Source: Burkholderiales bacterium (GTDB taxonomy: Bacteria; Bacillota; Clostridia; Christensenellales; SZUA-584). Taken from it: a stretch of DNA of 64,000 nucleotides. This document shows, piece after piece, positions 28,496-39,000 of this stretch. The notes under the pieces are model-generated. The model was not told the DNA's origin. It saw only the letters and a list, made by a program, of their open reading frames with translations, and searched no databases. Where the stretch lies: the NCBI GenBank assembly GCA_050260375.1, contig JBLNCA010000037.1, positions 229,527-293,526 of the forward strand, read 5' to 3'. Position 1 is the stretch's first letter; the number at the start of each line of letters is the position of its first letter. The translations under genes and the position numbers were made by a program.

Positions 28496-29467
28496 GTGAA
28501 GCCGGATGAATATTTCAGAATGATGTATCCCTATATTGGACAAGCAAAGCAGCCAGCAGAGTATCTAGATGACCTACTCTGCAATTTTGTCGTGGATGAT
28601 GCAGACTTCGCCGGAAGCCCTCTGACTGATAAAACTCCAGATTACAAAAATCGCATATATAACGGATCGAAGCCGTTTCCAATATCACTTGCGGCACAGC
28701 TTCTAGACGCAAGTGACCCTATGTGCTTTTCAGCTTATATAAATGACAGCCTTTCTAATGATCTCGCAGAAAATCTTGAAAAGGAGTTAACAGAGCTTGG
28801 CATTGATATCCAAGGCGATGATGTCGCCGATAAATGCGCCAAGCTCTTTGTTTCAATTTTGACGGAAACTGCGAGGCGAACAAAAAGAAAAGACACCCCC
28901 GCCGGTGCTGCTTCATATGGGAAGCAGAAACTAACAGGAGTGCCAATAGCAACTGTATATGTAAGGGACGGAAAAATTTCAATTAACGGGCAGGTGTTTA
29001 ACCTACATAAAAAAATAACTCCGCCCGAAGATATTGCCCAAGAGGAAATGCCATACATTAAGGCGCTATTTGCTGCTTACGCACAAGCTACAGGTATGGC
29101 TTGTGTAACGAAAGATAATTTGTCTACACTTAACGCCAGATATCGCCGTAACTATTCGGATCAGCGTGAAAACTATTATAATGCTGTTCGGGTAGAGCGT
29201 TCAGTGCGTGAAATATTCGAGAATGGTGATGTGGAATTTGGCAAGATAAAGGAAGATGCTTACAACGGTATCATTGATGTATGTTGGAATGATTTTGATG
29301 ACGGTTTTAAACGTCTATTGGCTGTTTTAAATCAGGTGTCACAGATAACGCTAACAAAATCTTTTCTCACGCAAATCAAAGATCTTATCAACAACAGCGA
29401 AAAGAAAGGCATTTGCCATATGCTGGTGAATGACGGGAAAATCCAGTGGGTGTTTGACGATGACTGA
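28496..29467 (+). CDS. Lamassu/ABC-3C effector (LmuA-like) with XRE-HTH-like N-terminus
   Basis: C-terminal EMPYIKAL..QRENYYNA..KKGICHMLVNDGKIQW typical of ABC-3C CTDs; N-terminal TPDYKNRIYNGSKPFP; GTG start after AAAGGAG. Confidence 0.7.
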   Translation: MKPDEYFRMMYPYIGQAKQPAEYLDDLLCNFVVDDADFAGSPLTDKTPDYKNRIYNGSKPFPISLAAQLLDASDPMCFSAYINDSLSNDLAENLEKELTELGIDIQGDDVADKCAKLFVSILTETARRTKRKDTPAGAASYGKQKLTGVPIATVYVRDGKISINGQVFNLHKKITPPEDIAQEEMPYIKALFAAYAQATGMACVTKDNLSTLNARYRRNYSDQRENYYNAVRVERSVREIFENGDVEFGKIKEDAYNGIIDVCWNDFDDGFKRLLAVLNQVSQITLTKSFLTQIKDLINNSEKKGICHMLVNDGKIQWVFDDD

Positions 29468-29903
29468 ACTGTTTAACACCCCGTTCGAAACTTCACTCCG
29501 CGTTCTTCTGACCCTACGCGTATTTGGAGAAGCTATGACGCTGGACAAAATTGCTGCCGCTGATTTTATGACGATTTATGCTCGTGATTTTAGCCTTGCT
29601 GCGTACAACCTGAATGGTGACAACAGCTTAAGTTTTAGTGAAGTAGCGTCAAAGAGAGTGCTTGTTGGCAAGGCAATTAAGCAGCTTGTACTTAATAGGC
29701 TCGTATCAGCAGTACAAAACCGAAGCGGCTTTACATACGAAATAACAGCACAAGGAGCGCATATATGTGACGAGCTGACTTCCGACTATACCGATGAGTA
29801 TATTGTTATGTCTCAAGCGGTTTGCAAGTATATTGAAGGCAAGTCAGAAGTTGAAATTCTCGCAGAAATTAATAAAAGAGCACTTAGCGGAAAGGAGGAG
29901 TGA
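29460..29903 (+). CDS. ABC-3C middle component (LmuC-like)
   Basis: LFNTPFETSLRVLL...DFMTIY...NLNGD; overlaps both neighbours. Confidence 0.75.
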   Translation: MTELFNTPFETSLRVLLTLRVFGEAMTLDKIAAADFMTIYARDFSLAAYNLNGDNSLSFSEVASKRVLVGKAIKQLVLNRLVSAVQNRSGFTYEITAQGAHICDELTSDYTDEYIVMSQAVCKYIEGKSEVEILAEINKRALSGKEE

Positions 29904-31747
29904 ACATGGCAGATTTTTATATAAATAAGCTAATAGTCAAGGGTGCCGGTAAAAAGGATGCTGTTGCAGAGTTTGACAGAGGGCTTACGATTATATCGGG
30001 TCCTTCAAACACAGGAAAAACCACCATCCTTCGTTGTATCGATTATATTTTTGGCAGTGATAATCTTCCGTTTGCGGGTGCCACTGGTTATGATACTATT
30101 ATGCTTTTTGTTAGCACAGAAGATGGCTCGATTCAATTTACACGCAAACTGGAATCAAACAAAATCGATGTAGTTAGTTCTGACGATAGAATCGAAAGTG
30201 GTACTTATAAAGCCAGAAACGCGACGAAAACCATGGAATCTATCAGTAAGGTTTGGCTTGCTTTAATTGGTATAGAGGATGACCATGACATAATTGCCAA
30301 CGAAAATTTTAGACCACAACATCTGACATGGCGCACCTTCCTGCCCGTCATCCTAATAAAGGAACGTCAGATAGAACGAGAGAGTTCTATCCTTATGCCA
30401 GAAGGCGGTGCAAAAAGCATACAGGGGCGCACAGCTTTCCTCTCATCTTTATTGTTTTTGATATACGGAAACGACTTCTCCAATTTTGATGAACGCGAAA
30501 GCAAAAAAGAACGAGCCATACGAAAAGCAGCAGTTGAAAAGTATATCAATAAAGAGCTTTCCGGAGTTGCAGACCGAAAACAAAGTATCCTTGATATGAT
30601 TGGTGCATTTGACGGGTTGGACGTCCAAAAAGAAATTGACAATGCAGTTCAAGCATTATCGGATATCGAAGAAAAAATATCAGCCGCGATGTCAAACAGC
30701 CAGTCGTTACTCAACAACATGCTAGCGAAGAAAGAGCGTTTGACAGAATGCCAAATGCTTATATCACGCTACGCCGCACTAAAAACGCAGTACAGCGCAG
30801 ACATAAAGCGGCTTTCATTTATCGTTGACGGCGAAACCGTTATGAAACATGTGTCGCATGACTCTAACTGCCCGTTTTGTAATGGGAAAATCCCGACACA
30901 GAATACGAAATCTTACATTGAGGCTGCCCGATCCGAGCTTTCAAGGATAGTGGCTCAATATAACGACCTTGTTGGTGCAGAAGATGATATCAAACAACAA
31001 ATACAGGAATTACAGACAGAGATTGTGCTACTGACAGAACAGAAAAGCAGTGTGGAAGAGCTGATAGCAAAAGATCTGCAGCCACAAGCCAGAGCTCTTT
31101 CTGAGACCATTGATGCTTATCGCGTATATATACAGTTAAACTATGAGCTCGATGTAATACACCGCCTCGCTGATGGATGGTATAGCGACCTGCGTGATAT
31201 GCAGAACGAAGATGTATCCGAAATTAAATATAAGCCAATGGACAAGTTTGATGACCGATTTTGGGAAGGGATGGATGCTGCACTAATTGAAATATTGACG
31301 GAGTGCAAGTACACGCCTCTTATCTCAGCGCGATTCTCAAAGAGCTCTTTCGACTTAGAAATTAACGGACAAGCAAAAGCTTTAACGCAAGGTAAAGGTT
31401 ACTGCTCCATTTTAAATACGATTGTGGTCATGGCATTTCGCAAATTCATGTTGGAAAATGCTGTTTACAATCCTGGGCTATGTATCGTTGACACGCCGCT
31501 ACATGGAATTGATGAGGGAACAAAGAATGAAACATCGGAGAGTGTACAAACCGCTTTGTTTCAGTACTTCATCAATAGCCGAGAAATGGGACAGCTGATA
31601 ATCGTGGAAAACGAGCGGACGCTACCTAATCTCGATTATAATCAGAACGGTGTAAGACGAATCATCTTCACAGGCATCGTCGGTGAAGATCAGTGTGGTT
31701 TTTTGCATGATTGCAAATTTGATATACCACAATCCCCAAAAGAGTGA
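29900..31747 (+). CDS. SMC/Rad50-like ABC ATPase (LmuB-like)
   Basis: Walker A GPSNTGKT, coiled coils flanking a CPFC zinc hook, degenerate signature QGKG, Walker B IVDTP. Confidence 0.82.
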   Translation: MNMADFYINKLIVKGAGKKDAVAEFDRGLTIISGPSNTGKTTILRCIDYIFGSDNLPFAGATGYDTIMLFVSTEDGSIQFTRKLESNKIDVVSSDDRIESGTYKARNATKTMESISKVWLALIGIEDDHDIIANENFRPQHLTWRTFLPVILIKERQIERESSILMPEGGAKSIQGRTAFLSSLLFLIYGNDFSNFDERESKKERAIRKAAVEKYINKELSGVADRKQSILDMIGAFDGLDVQKEIDNAVQALSDIEEKISAAMSNSQSLLNNMLAKKERLTECQMLISRYAALKTQYSADIKRLSFIVDGETVMKHVSHDSNCPFCNGKIPTQNTKSYIEAARSELSRIVAQYNDLVGAEDDIKQQIQELQTEIVLLTEQKSSVEELIAKDLQPQARALSETIDAYRVYIQLNYELDVIHRLADGWYSDLRDMQNEDVSEIKYKPMDKFDDRFWEGMDAALIEILTECKYTPLISARFSKSSFDLEINGQAKALTQGKGYCSILNTIVVMAFRKFMLENAVYNPGLCIVDTPLHGIDEGTKNETSESVQTALFQYFINSREMGQLIIVENERTLPNLDYNQNGVRRIIFTGIVGEDQCGFLHDCKFDIPQSPKE

Positions 31748-31761
31748 TATGAGGTGGTATC

Positions 31762-31989
31762 GTGCATTTTAGTTACAATAACTTATGGAAGTTATTAATC
31801 GACAAAAACATGAACAAGCAGGATTTGCGAAAAATAACAGGTATCAGTTCCGCTTCAATTGCCAAGCTGGGCAAAGGCGAGAATGTAAATACCGAAGTGC
31901 TCCTGCGTATATGTAAGGCACTAAATTGTGATATATCTGATATTATGGAATTCGTCCCAGGTTCGTGTGATGATTTCGGCAAAGAGTGA
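31762..31989 (+). CDS. Cro/C1-type HTH regulator
   Basis: SYNNLWKLLID...ISSASIAKLGKGENV...LNCDISDIME. Confidence 0.9.
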   Translation: MHFSYNNLWKLLIDKNMNKQDLRKITGISSASIAKLGKGENVNTEVLLRICKALNCDISDIMEFVPGSCDDFGKE

Positions 31990-32064
31990 GATAAAAATTA
32001 CTGAGCATATCATCAATTGATTAATGTTGGTACATTTTTGGGTGAATAAAGAAGGGGTTTAGCT

Positions 32065-33681
32065 ATGGCAACTGATCATAATATAAAATTACATAGTGCT
32101 GATATATCGACCAGCTGTCTTATCAATGCGGTTAGAGTTTCTTTTGGCACATGGTTGTCAGGTAATAAGAGCAAGCATGAAACAGCACTTATTCTATCAT
32201 CGCTTGATAGTGCCTCTGAGCAGATGTTAAAGCGAAAGATAATAGATTGTTCACTGTGGGAAATAACAAACCCCGCTGTTTTCATTGAGGTCTATAATAA
32301 GGCACGTGACAACAAGTTATTTAGAGTAATGGATAAGAAATGCTATTTATCGTTTATGCGGGATGGGCGAGTGTTTTTAAAGTTCCTCAAATCAAAGCCA
32401 GCTATACAGATTGATAATGCTTCGAAAAATATATCACCTTTGGACGAACAGCAAACTACACCTTTGACCATCAAAGATGCAGTGGTAACGGTGCTTACAG
32501 AATCATCCCAGGCATTAACCGCTAATGAAATATATGACGAGATAGTAAAACGTTGCTTATATACATTTGGGGCGCAAAACCCTGTTAACGTTGTTCGAAA
32601 TATTATCGAGAGCGCTTGTGATAATTCTACATACTCTGAACAAAATAGAGCATCTGTGCCATACTTTCACTTTGAAGTAAATGAGGCTGGTAAAAGAGTT
32701 TATTGTCTATTAAATGATATACAAAAATACCACCAGCAACCTGTCAATACAAACGTTTACTCCTCATCTCTCAGCAACATCGTTGATCTTGAAGAAGGAA
32801 AAGCTGGCATAAGAGAAATTCTTGAAGCCCACTTTCAGACGCTTTACGGGTACAGTAATATCAGTATTCTATGGAATGCAGCTCAGGATACTCTACCACT
32901 GTTTCTAAATGATAATGCTATTAATACTGCTGATCAACTATGGCGCCTTACATACAATGCTTTTGAAAATGAATATGTAATGAGTTATCCTCACATATGG
33001 AAAGCGCAGCCAAATTATCCACAGAGCTATGTAGGTGTTATCATCAACCTTGCTAGACAGTTAGGTGGAACCGTTACCAGAGAACAAATTGATGATTATT
33101 TCACACGTATTAAACAAAGGTCGCCTATCAACGCGACGGTTATACGTCAGGGATTATTGATGTTCTACGCTTCTAAACATTTCATACTAACAGAGATTGT
33201 TGAATTGACAAATGAGCGTTGTGCCGCAATAACAAAGTCATTGAACAAGCTCTTTGCGTGCGAAAATGTGTCTTACATTGTATTACGGGACATAGCCTCT
33301 AAATGGTTTTCATCATTACCAACAATAAAGGGTGGTTTGAGTTGGACAGCATTACTGTTACAAGAAACCTTAAGATTGAGACCCGGAATTGGCTATAGGG
33401 TAATATTTTCCGGTCTTGATGGACAAGCGCTTGATACACTCGGGGCCGCAATTGTTCCAAACGAATCGGATATCAGCTGTTTTGCGGATTTGGTGCATCG
33501 ATATTGTCAAGAGAGAAAAATATTGGGCAAGAAAATGGCTACAGAAGAACTTAGAACACTTTTACGTGACGTAGGTATGCTCGAAGGTAATGAACTAATT
33601 TATAACCTTCATAAAGCATTAAAAGACTACCGTTTTGCTTTCACAGACGAAAACAGAATGGTTAAGATATTGGAGAGATAA
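32065..33681 (+). CDS. Hypothetical protein with central HARE-HTH-like winged helix
   Basis: TIKDAVVTVLTESSQALTANEIYDEIVKRCLYTFGAQNPVNVV; 5 nt upstream of the PAPS reductase gene. Confidence 0.6.
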   Translation: MATDHNIKLHSADISTSCLINAVRVSFGTWLSGNKSKHETALILSSLDSASEQMLKRKIIDCSLWEITNPAVFIEVYNKARDNKLFRVMDKKCYLSFMRDGRVFLKFLKSKPAIQIDNASKNISPLDEQQTTPLTIKDAVVTVLTESSQALTANEIYDEIVKRCLYTFGAQNPVNVVRNIIESACDNSTYSEQNRASVPYFHFEVNEAGKRVYCLLNDIQKYHQQPVNTNVYSSSLSNIVDLEEGKAGIREILEAHFQTLYGYSNISILWNAAQDTLPLFLNDNAINTADQLWRLTYNAFENEYVMSYPHIWKAQPNYPQSYVGVIINLARQLGGTVTREQIDDYFTRIKQRSPINATVIRQGLLMFYASKHFILTEIVELTNERCAAITKSLNKLFACENVSYIVLRDIASKWFSSLPTIKGGLSWTALLLQETLRLRPGIGYRVIFSGLDGQALDTLGAAIVPNESDISCFADLVHRYCQERKILGKKMATEELRTLLRDVGMLEGNELIYNLHKALKDYRFAFTDENRMVKILER

Positions 33682-33686
33682 AAAGA

Positions 33687-36014
33687 ATGTATGGTTATCA
33701 ATGGACTGATAAAAATGGAATATATCGCCTTGTGCCTAACGCCAAGGTTATCAAAGAAATTCGACCCGTTTTTAGGGAGGAACTTGACTACTTTGGTTTT
33801 AATAATTACTGGAATTATCCAAAGACTGATGCTCCACTCCTTTGGGCGGAAGGGATCCGACGGTATGTTGTTAACGGAGAAGTAGTTGCCGAGGCCGTCG
33901 GTGGAGGGTTTTATACAAAGCCAACTATAAATGTAAAAAAAGAGAGATTAACACTTAAAGCAATAAACATTGAACACTTATGGAAAGAAAATGAAAGCCT
34001 CATGAGAGGGCTTGAAGATAAAGCGATTGAGTTTATACGCCAAATTCATGATGAATATGCCGCCAAAGGAATGAAGTTTGTTGTTGCTTTCTCTGGAGGT
34101 AAGGATAGTCTCGTTTTACTCGACCTTGTTGCCAAGGCCCTGAGACCTGACGAATTTGTTGTTATTTTCAGTAATACTGGAATGGAGTTTAGTGCAACGA
34201 TCGACGCAGTAAAGAGAGCAAAGGAAAACTGGAGTAAGCTTCGTTTTTATGAAGCAGAGAGCCACATGTTACCGGAAACAACATGGGACGCTTTTGGTCC
34301 CCCAGGTCGAAGAATGCGGTGGTGCTGTTCAGTTCATAAATCAGTACCAACAATGCTAAAACTACGGGAAATTACTGGCGATTACGATGCTAAAGCAGTA
34401 GTCTTTGAAGGGGTGCGTTCGGAAGAGAGTTTTGCTAGATCTGAATATGAAACAGTCCGGGAAGGCGTAAAGAATATCAATCAGGTAAATGTCAGCCCTA
34501 TACTCACTTGGGGAACAGCAGAGATTTATCTCTACTTGCTCAAAAACAAGATATTGCTTAACGATGCATATAAAGAAGGCTTTAATCGTGTAGGCTGTTC
34601 AGTGTGTCCTATGTCGTCTCCTTGGCGCGATCACCTAAGTTATGGATTCCATAAAGATGAAATTCAGCCACTTCTCAATGTGGTTGAAGATTATGTTGAA
34701 AGAGTCAAACCGGCCAAGAGTACCCAAAAGTATATTGAGAACGGCGGCTGGCGTGCAAGGATGGGGGGCCGTGGATTAAAAAACGGCGGCAATCGTGTCA
34801 CCGAAGTAATAGATGGCGATAAGATAATTTTTAGATTTACAAAGAGAACGGGTAACTGGTTAGATGTTGCAAAAATACTAGGAGAAATAGTTGAGAAAAA
34901 TGGTAATTCTTATACTCAGATTATTTCTCATCAAACATATACCTTTACGTTGGCAGGTGAAACGGTTACATATTCTCCATATACTCAAATGGACAGATTT
35001 GTTATTAGTAAACTGCGTGGCGTCGCATATAAAGTGGCGTACTGTATAGGTTGTAAAGCTTGTGTCGTGCAATGCCCCACAGGAGCATTTGAAATAACAG
35101 AAGAAAATAAAATCCTAATTCGTGAGGAATTATGTACTCATTGTGGCAATTGCATCAGTTTTACTGGTGGAAAAGGATGCCTTGTCGCAAAATCTTTATC
35201 GACTACGGAGGGAAATAATATGCAATTGAAAGGCATGAACAGATATCAAACATTCGGTTTCCGCCGTCCATGGCTAGAACATTTCTTTGAGCATGGTACG
35301 GACTGCTTTACACAGGGGCAGCTTGGAAACAGACAATATGATGCACTGCGTGTTTGGTTGCGCGAGGCAGAACTTCTTGAACCTTCAAACAAGGGAGATA
35401 AATCTGGAACGATGACCGAGTTATGCAATAAGCTCGTTGCACTTGGAGCTGGCAATCCAATGGTCTGGGCTGTGATTTGGACAAATCTTGCCTATAACTC
35501 TGTTATCACAAAGTGGTATATGTTGTACACGCAAAGTGGCGAGACTTATGATAAGGCCGAACTTGTATTCATGCTTGGCGACGACTACTCTCCATCTACA
35601 CGTGATAATGCGGTGACTGCTTTACTCGAAACTTTCCGCCACTCGCCAATTGGTACCGCACTCAAACAGGGTATTCCGATTCCTGATGGCGCAAGTTATA
35701 AGTTCGTGAAGCAAGGTTGGGATGCCCCAGAAGCCGCAGCAATTCTCTATGCGCTCTATAAGTTTGCTGAGGAAACAGGGCGATACACATTCACCTTAAC
35801 TCAACTTGATAACGCTCGCGGTAATGCTGAGGCTAAGGGTGTAGACCCTGTAGCTATTTTCGGTTTAAATCCGAAAAATTTCAAAGCCATTGTGCAGGAC
35901 ATTGCGCTACAATATCCTGAGTTCATCCGTGTGGCATTTGTCCAAGACCTCGATAACATTATGCTTGTACCCGAAAAGAAAGCCATCGATGTGCTCGACA
36001 TTATCACAGAGTAA
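33687..36014 (+). CDS. brxP: BrxP-like PAPS reductase fused to 2x[4Fe-4S] ferredoxin and a DUF4007-like domain
   Basis: AFSGGKDS, RWCC, RVGCSVCP; CIGCKACVVQCP and CTHCGNC; YQTFGFRRPWL...WLREAELL C-terminal domain. Confidence 0.8.
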   Translation: MYGYQWTDKNGIYRLVPNAKVIKEIRPVFREELDYFGFNNYWNYPKTDAPLLWAEGIRRYVVNGEVVAEAVGGGFYTKPTINVKKERLTLKAINIEHLWKENESLMRGLEDKAIEFIRQIHDEYAAKGMKFVVAFSGGKDSLVLLDLVAKALRPDEFVVIFSNTGMEFSATIDAVKRAKENWSKLRFYEAESHMLPETTWDAFGPPGRRMRWCCSVHKSVPTMLKLREITGDYDAKAVVFEGVRSEESFARSEYETVREGVKNINQVNVSPILTWGTAEIYLYLLKNKILLNDAYKEGFNRVGCSVCPMSSPWRDHLSYGFHKDEIQPLLNVVEDYVERVKPAKSTQKYIENGGWRARMGGRGLKNGGNRVTEVIDGDKIIFRFTKRTGNWLDVAKILGEIVEKNGNSYTQIISHQTYTFTLAGETVTYSPYTQMDRFVISKLRGVAYKVAYCIGCKACVVQCPTGAFEITEENKILIREELCTHCGNCISFTGGKGCLVAKSLSTTEGNNMQLKGMNRYQTFGFRRPWLEHFFEHGTDCFTQGQLGNRQYDALRVWLREAELLEPSNKGDKSGTMTELCNKLVALGAGNPMVWAVIWTNLAYNSVITKWYMLYTQSGETYDKAELVFMLGDDYSPSTRDNAVTALLETFRHSPIGTALKQGIPIPDGASYKFVKQGWDAPEAAAILYALYKFAEETGRYTFTLTQLDNARGNAEAKGVDPVAIFGLNPKNFKAIVQDIALQYPEFIRVAFVQDLDNIMLVPEKKAIDVLDIITE

Positions 36015-36027
36015 AGGAGATAGAGGT

Positions 36028-39000
36028 ATGAAGTACAGTAATTACATTGAATTGTCTGCAAACTACGAGTCTGTTGTTGATTTGGATGCAGAAAAACGCA
36101 ACCCGAATCTGTGGCAAGAGTACATAGTCCACGATGATATGAAAAATGCTATCGACGCAATTTGTCAAACTATGTTATGGGAGGATAATGACAAGCGTCG
36201 TTCCTTTTGGATTCATGGAGCGTACGGTACAGGCAAGAGCTATGCAGCTATAGTGCTCAAGCATCTTTTTGAGGATAGTATTACTAATATCGAACCCTTT
36301 TTGAGTCGCCCTTCTCTTGCTGAATACAAAAAGCGTTTTTTAAAGATTCGCGAGAAAGGTGAATTTCTGGTCGTTTGGAAAAGCGGAGCAACTGACATCA
36401 AAAGCGGCACTCATCTTATGATGGAGATGGAGGTTAAGATAAAGGAAAAACTTAAAGAAAAGTTTGGCGAAAAGGCATATTATGGAACAAGCTCGCTTAT
36501 AAACGCAGCAAAGGATGCCATTAACGACAAGAGTATCAACTGGACATATCTATTTACGGATATTCAATACGGCCTTTCTGACCAATATTCCGATTTTGAT
36601 GAGTTCCAACAAGCGGTTTTGGACGGTGATTCTGATGCTATCCATCTTGTCAAGCGCATCTGTGACGATAATAAGCGCACCATGTTCACAGGTGTTGTAG
36701 ATAGGTTTGAAGAATGGATAAAAGACATCATTGCCGGCAATAAACTTTCTGATACAGGTATCGTATTCATATGGGATGAATTTACCGGATTTTTAAGGGA
36801 TTGCGGAGATGACAATGTACTGCAACGGCTTTCCGAATTGTGCAAATCTGTGGATAAAGATGGCAAGGCGAAACCTAATGCACCGTTCTTTATGTGTCTT
36901 ATAGTTCACCGTGACCCTACTTGGGTATCAGAACTTGGTGACGAAACCTATGAGAGAATCTTGCATCGCTACCATGAATTAAAATTCCATATTACCGAGA
37001 GCGCTGCATACGATTTAATTGGCGATTCGATTATTCCTCGTCCAGGCATGGAAACCCAATGGGAAGAAGTAAAAAAGGATTTGATGAAATCCATTGAAAA
37101 TTATAAGATTGAGTTTGATAATCTTGATCAGAGTATAAATATCAATGAGCGGCTTGCGAAACTATGTCCAATTCACCCTATGACACTTGCAATGCTTGCC
37201 ACCGTAGCAGAACACTTTGGTGCTTCCCAGAGAACATTATTTCGGTTTATGAAAGACGAGGCAAAATCCTCAAAAGGCGTTGGATTTATCCACTATATAG
37301 AAAATAATGAACCAAATAAATGGCAATGGTTAACTGTTGATTATCTTTGGGATTATTTCTTTACTATAGAGTCCGACTCACGCGATAAAGATGTAAAGAC
37401 ATTTACCCCAGAAACATTAAAAGCTATACATCATTTTCAGAATAAGGCTGATTCGATTTCTGATGAATATGCGCTCCATGTCTTTAAGGCAGCATTGCTT
37501 TTAATTGCCGTAATGAGCGGTAGCAATATTAGTAATTTATATAGCAAACAAAATCGCCCGAGCAGAAAAATCGGTGCAACAAGAAATACTCTTTATAAGT
37601 GTTTTCGTGGCCAATTAGACCAGGCGACTATTGATGAATATCTTACTTCTTTTAAGGAAATCGGATTGCTTAGTATTGGAGAAATGCTTAACGGCGACGC
37701 TCGCTTAGAATTGCCCTATACAGGGAGCACAGACACATTCGATGTTAGGCTCGAGATGACCAAGAAAAAATATACGCGATATGCACTCTTCGCTACGAAG
37801 GGAATCTTTTCAAAAATAATAGAAAATGGAATGTGGGATCCTACAAGAGCTACTGCAGGGCGTGTGTACATCGCGGCTTGTTCGTCGGAAACCAATTCTC
37901 TATCTGCGCGTCTTGGGGAAGTTAAAAAGGAACTTCAAAACCACCCATATAAAATTGGTATACTTGTTGTTACTGTTTCCGAAGCGAGGGAGTATACCAG
38001 CTTTCAAGCAAAGATAAAGCAATTATCTTTGGAAGACGATAGCAAGCGTCTTGTTATCGCAATGCTTCGTGAGCCATGCACAGCAGATTTGCTGGATCGT
38101 TGGCATAAAGCTATTACGCATAAAGAACTCTGCGCGGAAGAAGGCAAGTCAGGTGATGCAAGCAAATATGAAACAGAGGCGAACATGATTGTTGCCACAT
38201 GGGCAGGTCCCGCATTAGATTCTCAGATCTATGCTTGCTATGGTGATATTCAATTCACAGGGGTTTATGGGAAGAGCGATTTGATGAAGCGGATAGAAAA
38301 AGATGTGATTTATACAGTTTTTCCGGCTGCTCCTGAGCGTCTTGTGACGGTTAACACAGCATATAGAAAGTGTACTGATAAAGTTGTCTTGGCTGGTCTG
38401 ACTAAGGAAGTGACCAATGCGCAGGTTAATAATATTGTAAATGCTTTAAAGGCTATTGGAGCATGGGAAATTAATGACTTGGGTGGCCTGATAAGCCTGA
38501 GCGGTACAAACGCAGAGGTTATTTCTACCCTCGCTTCATATTTTCAGCAGGAATTTTCTCAAGGCGCGAAAATCTCGCTTGATTTACTTTGGGCGAAGTT
38601 ACAGCAACCACCCTTCGGATATTACAACTCGATGACTGTTGGGTGCTTTATTGGACTTGTCATGCGTTCCCTCGTTAATGGCTCATTTAACTGGTTTGAT
38701 GGCGTAAACACCCTGCCGCCAACAGCGGGTAATCTGGCGAGTATGGTCAGTAAGATGCTTGACGGAAAAACCATTAATCATAACCTCTCATCTGGCTCTG
38801 CTATTTGGCAAAAATTCAAGCAATATATTCAAAAATTATTTGGCCTTTCAGCTCAGGAGGTTGTTAGCGATGCAGAGGCACGAAAATTTATTAAGCAGAC
38901 AATTACTAGAACTGGCGTTCCGTTTTGGGCAATAAAATATTTGCCTAGTGATAAATTTGGTGGCGATGAGTTTAAGTCGATAGTTATTCGAATAACAGAT

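Noticed and set aside
31762-31989. Cro/C1 HTH as the prophage CI repressor
   Set aside because: Only 75 aa, no peptidase domain, and 3.5 kb from the divergent promoter region; more likely regulates the defence block, but not excluded
33687-36014. Sulfate-assimilation CysH or a canonical dndBCDE/sspBCDE operon
   Set aside because: No cys genes and no DndB/D/E or SspE; PglZ and BrxL define a BREX context
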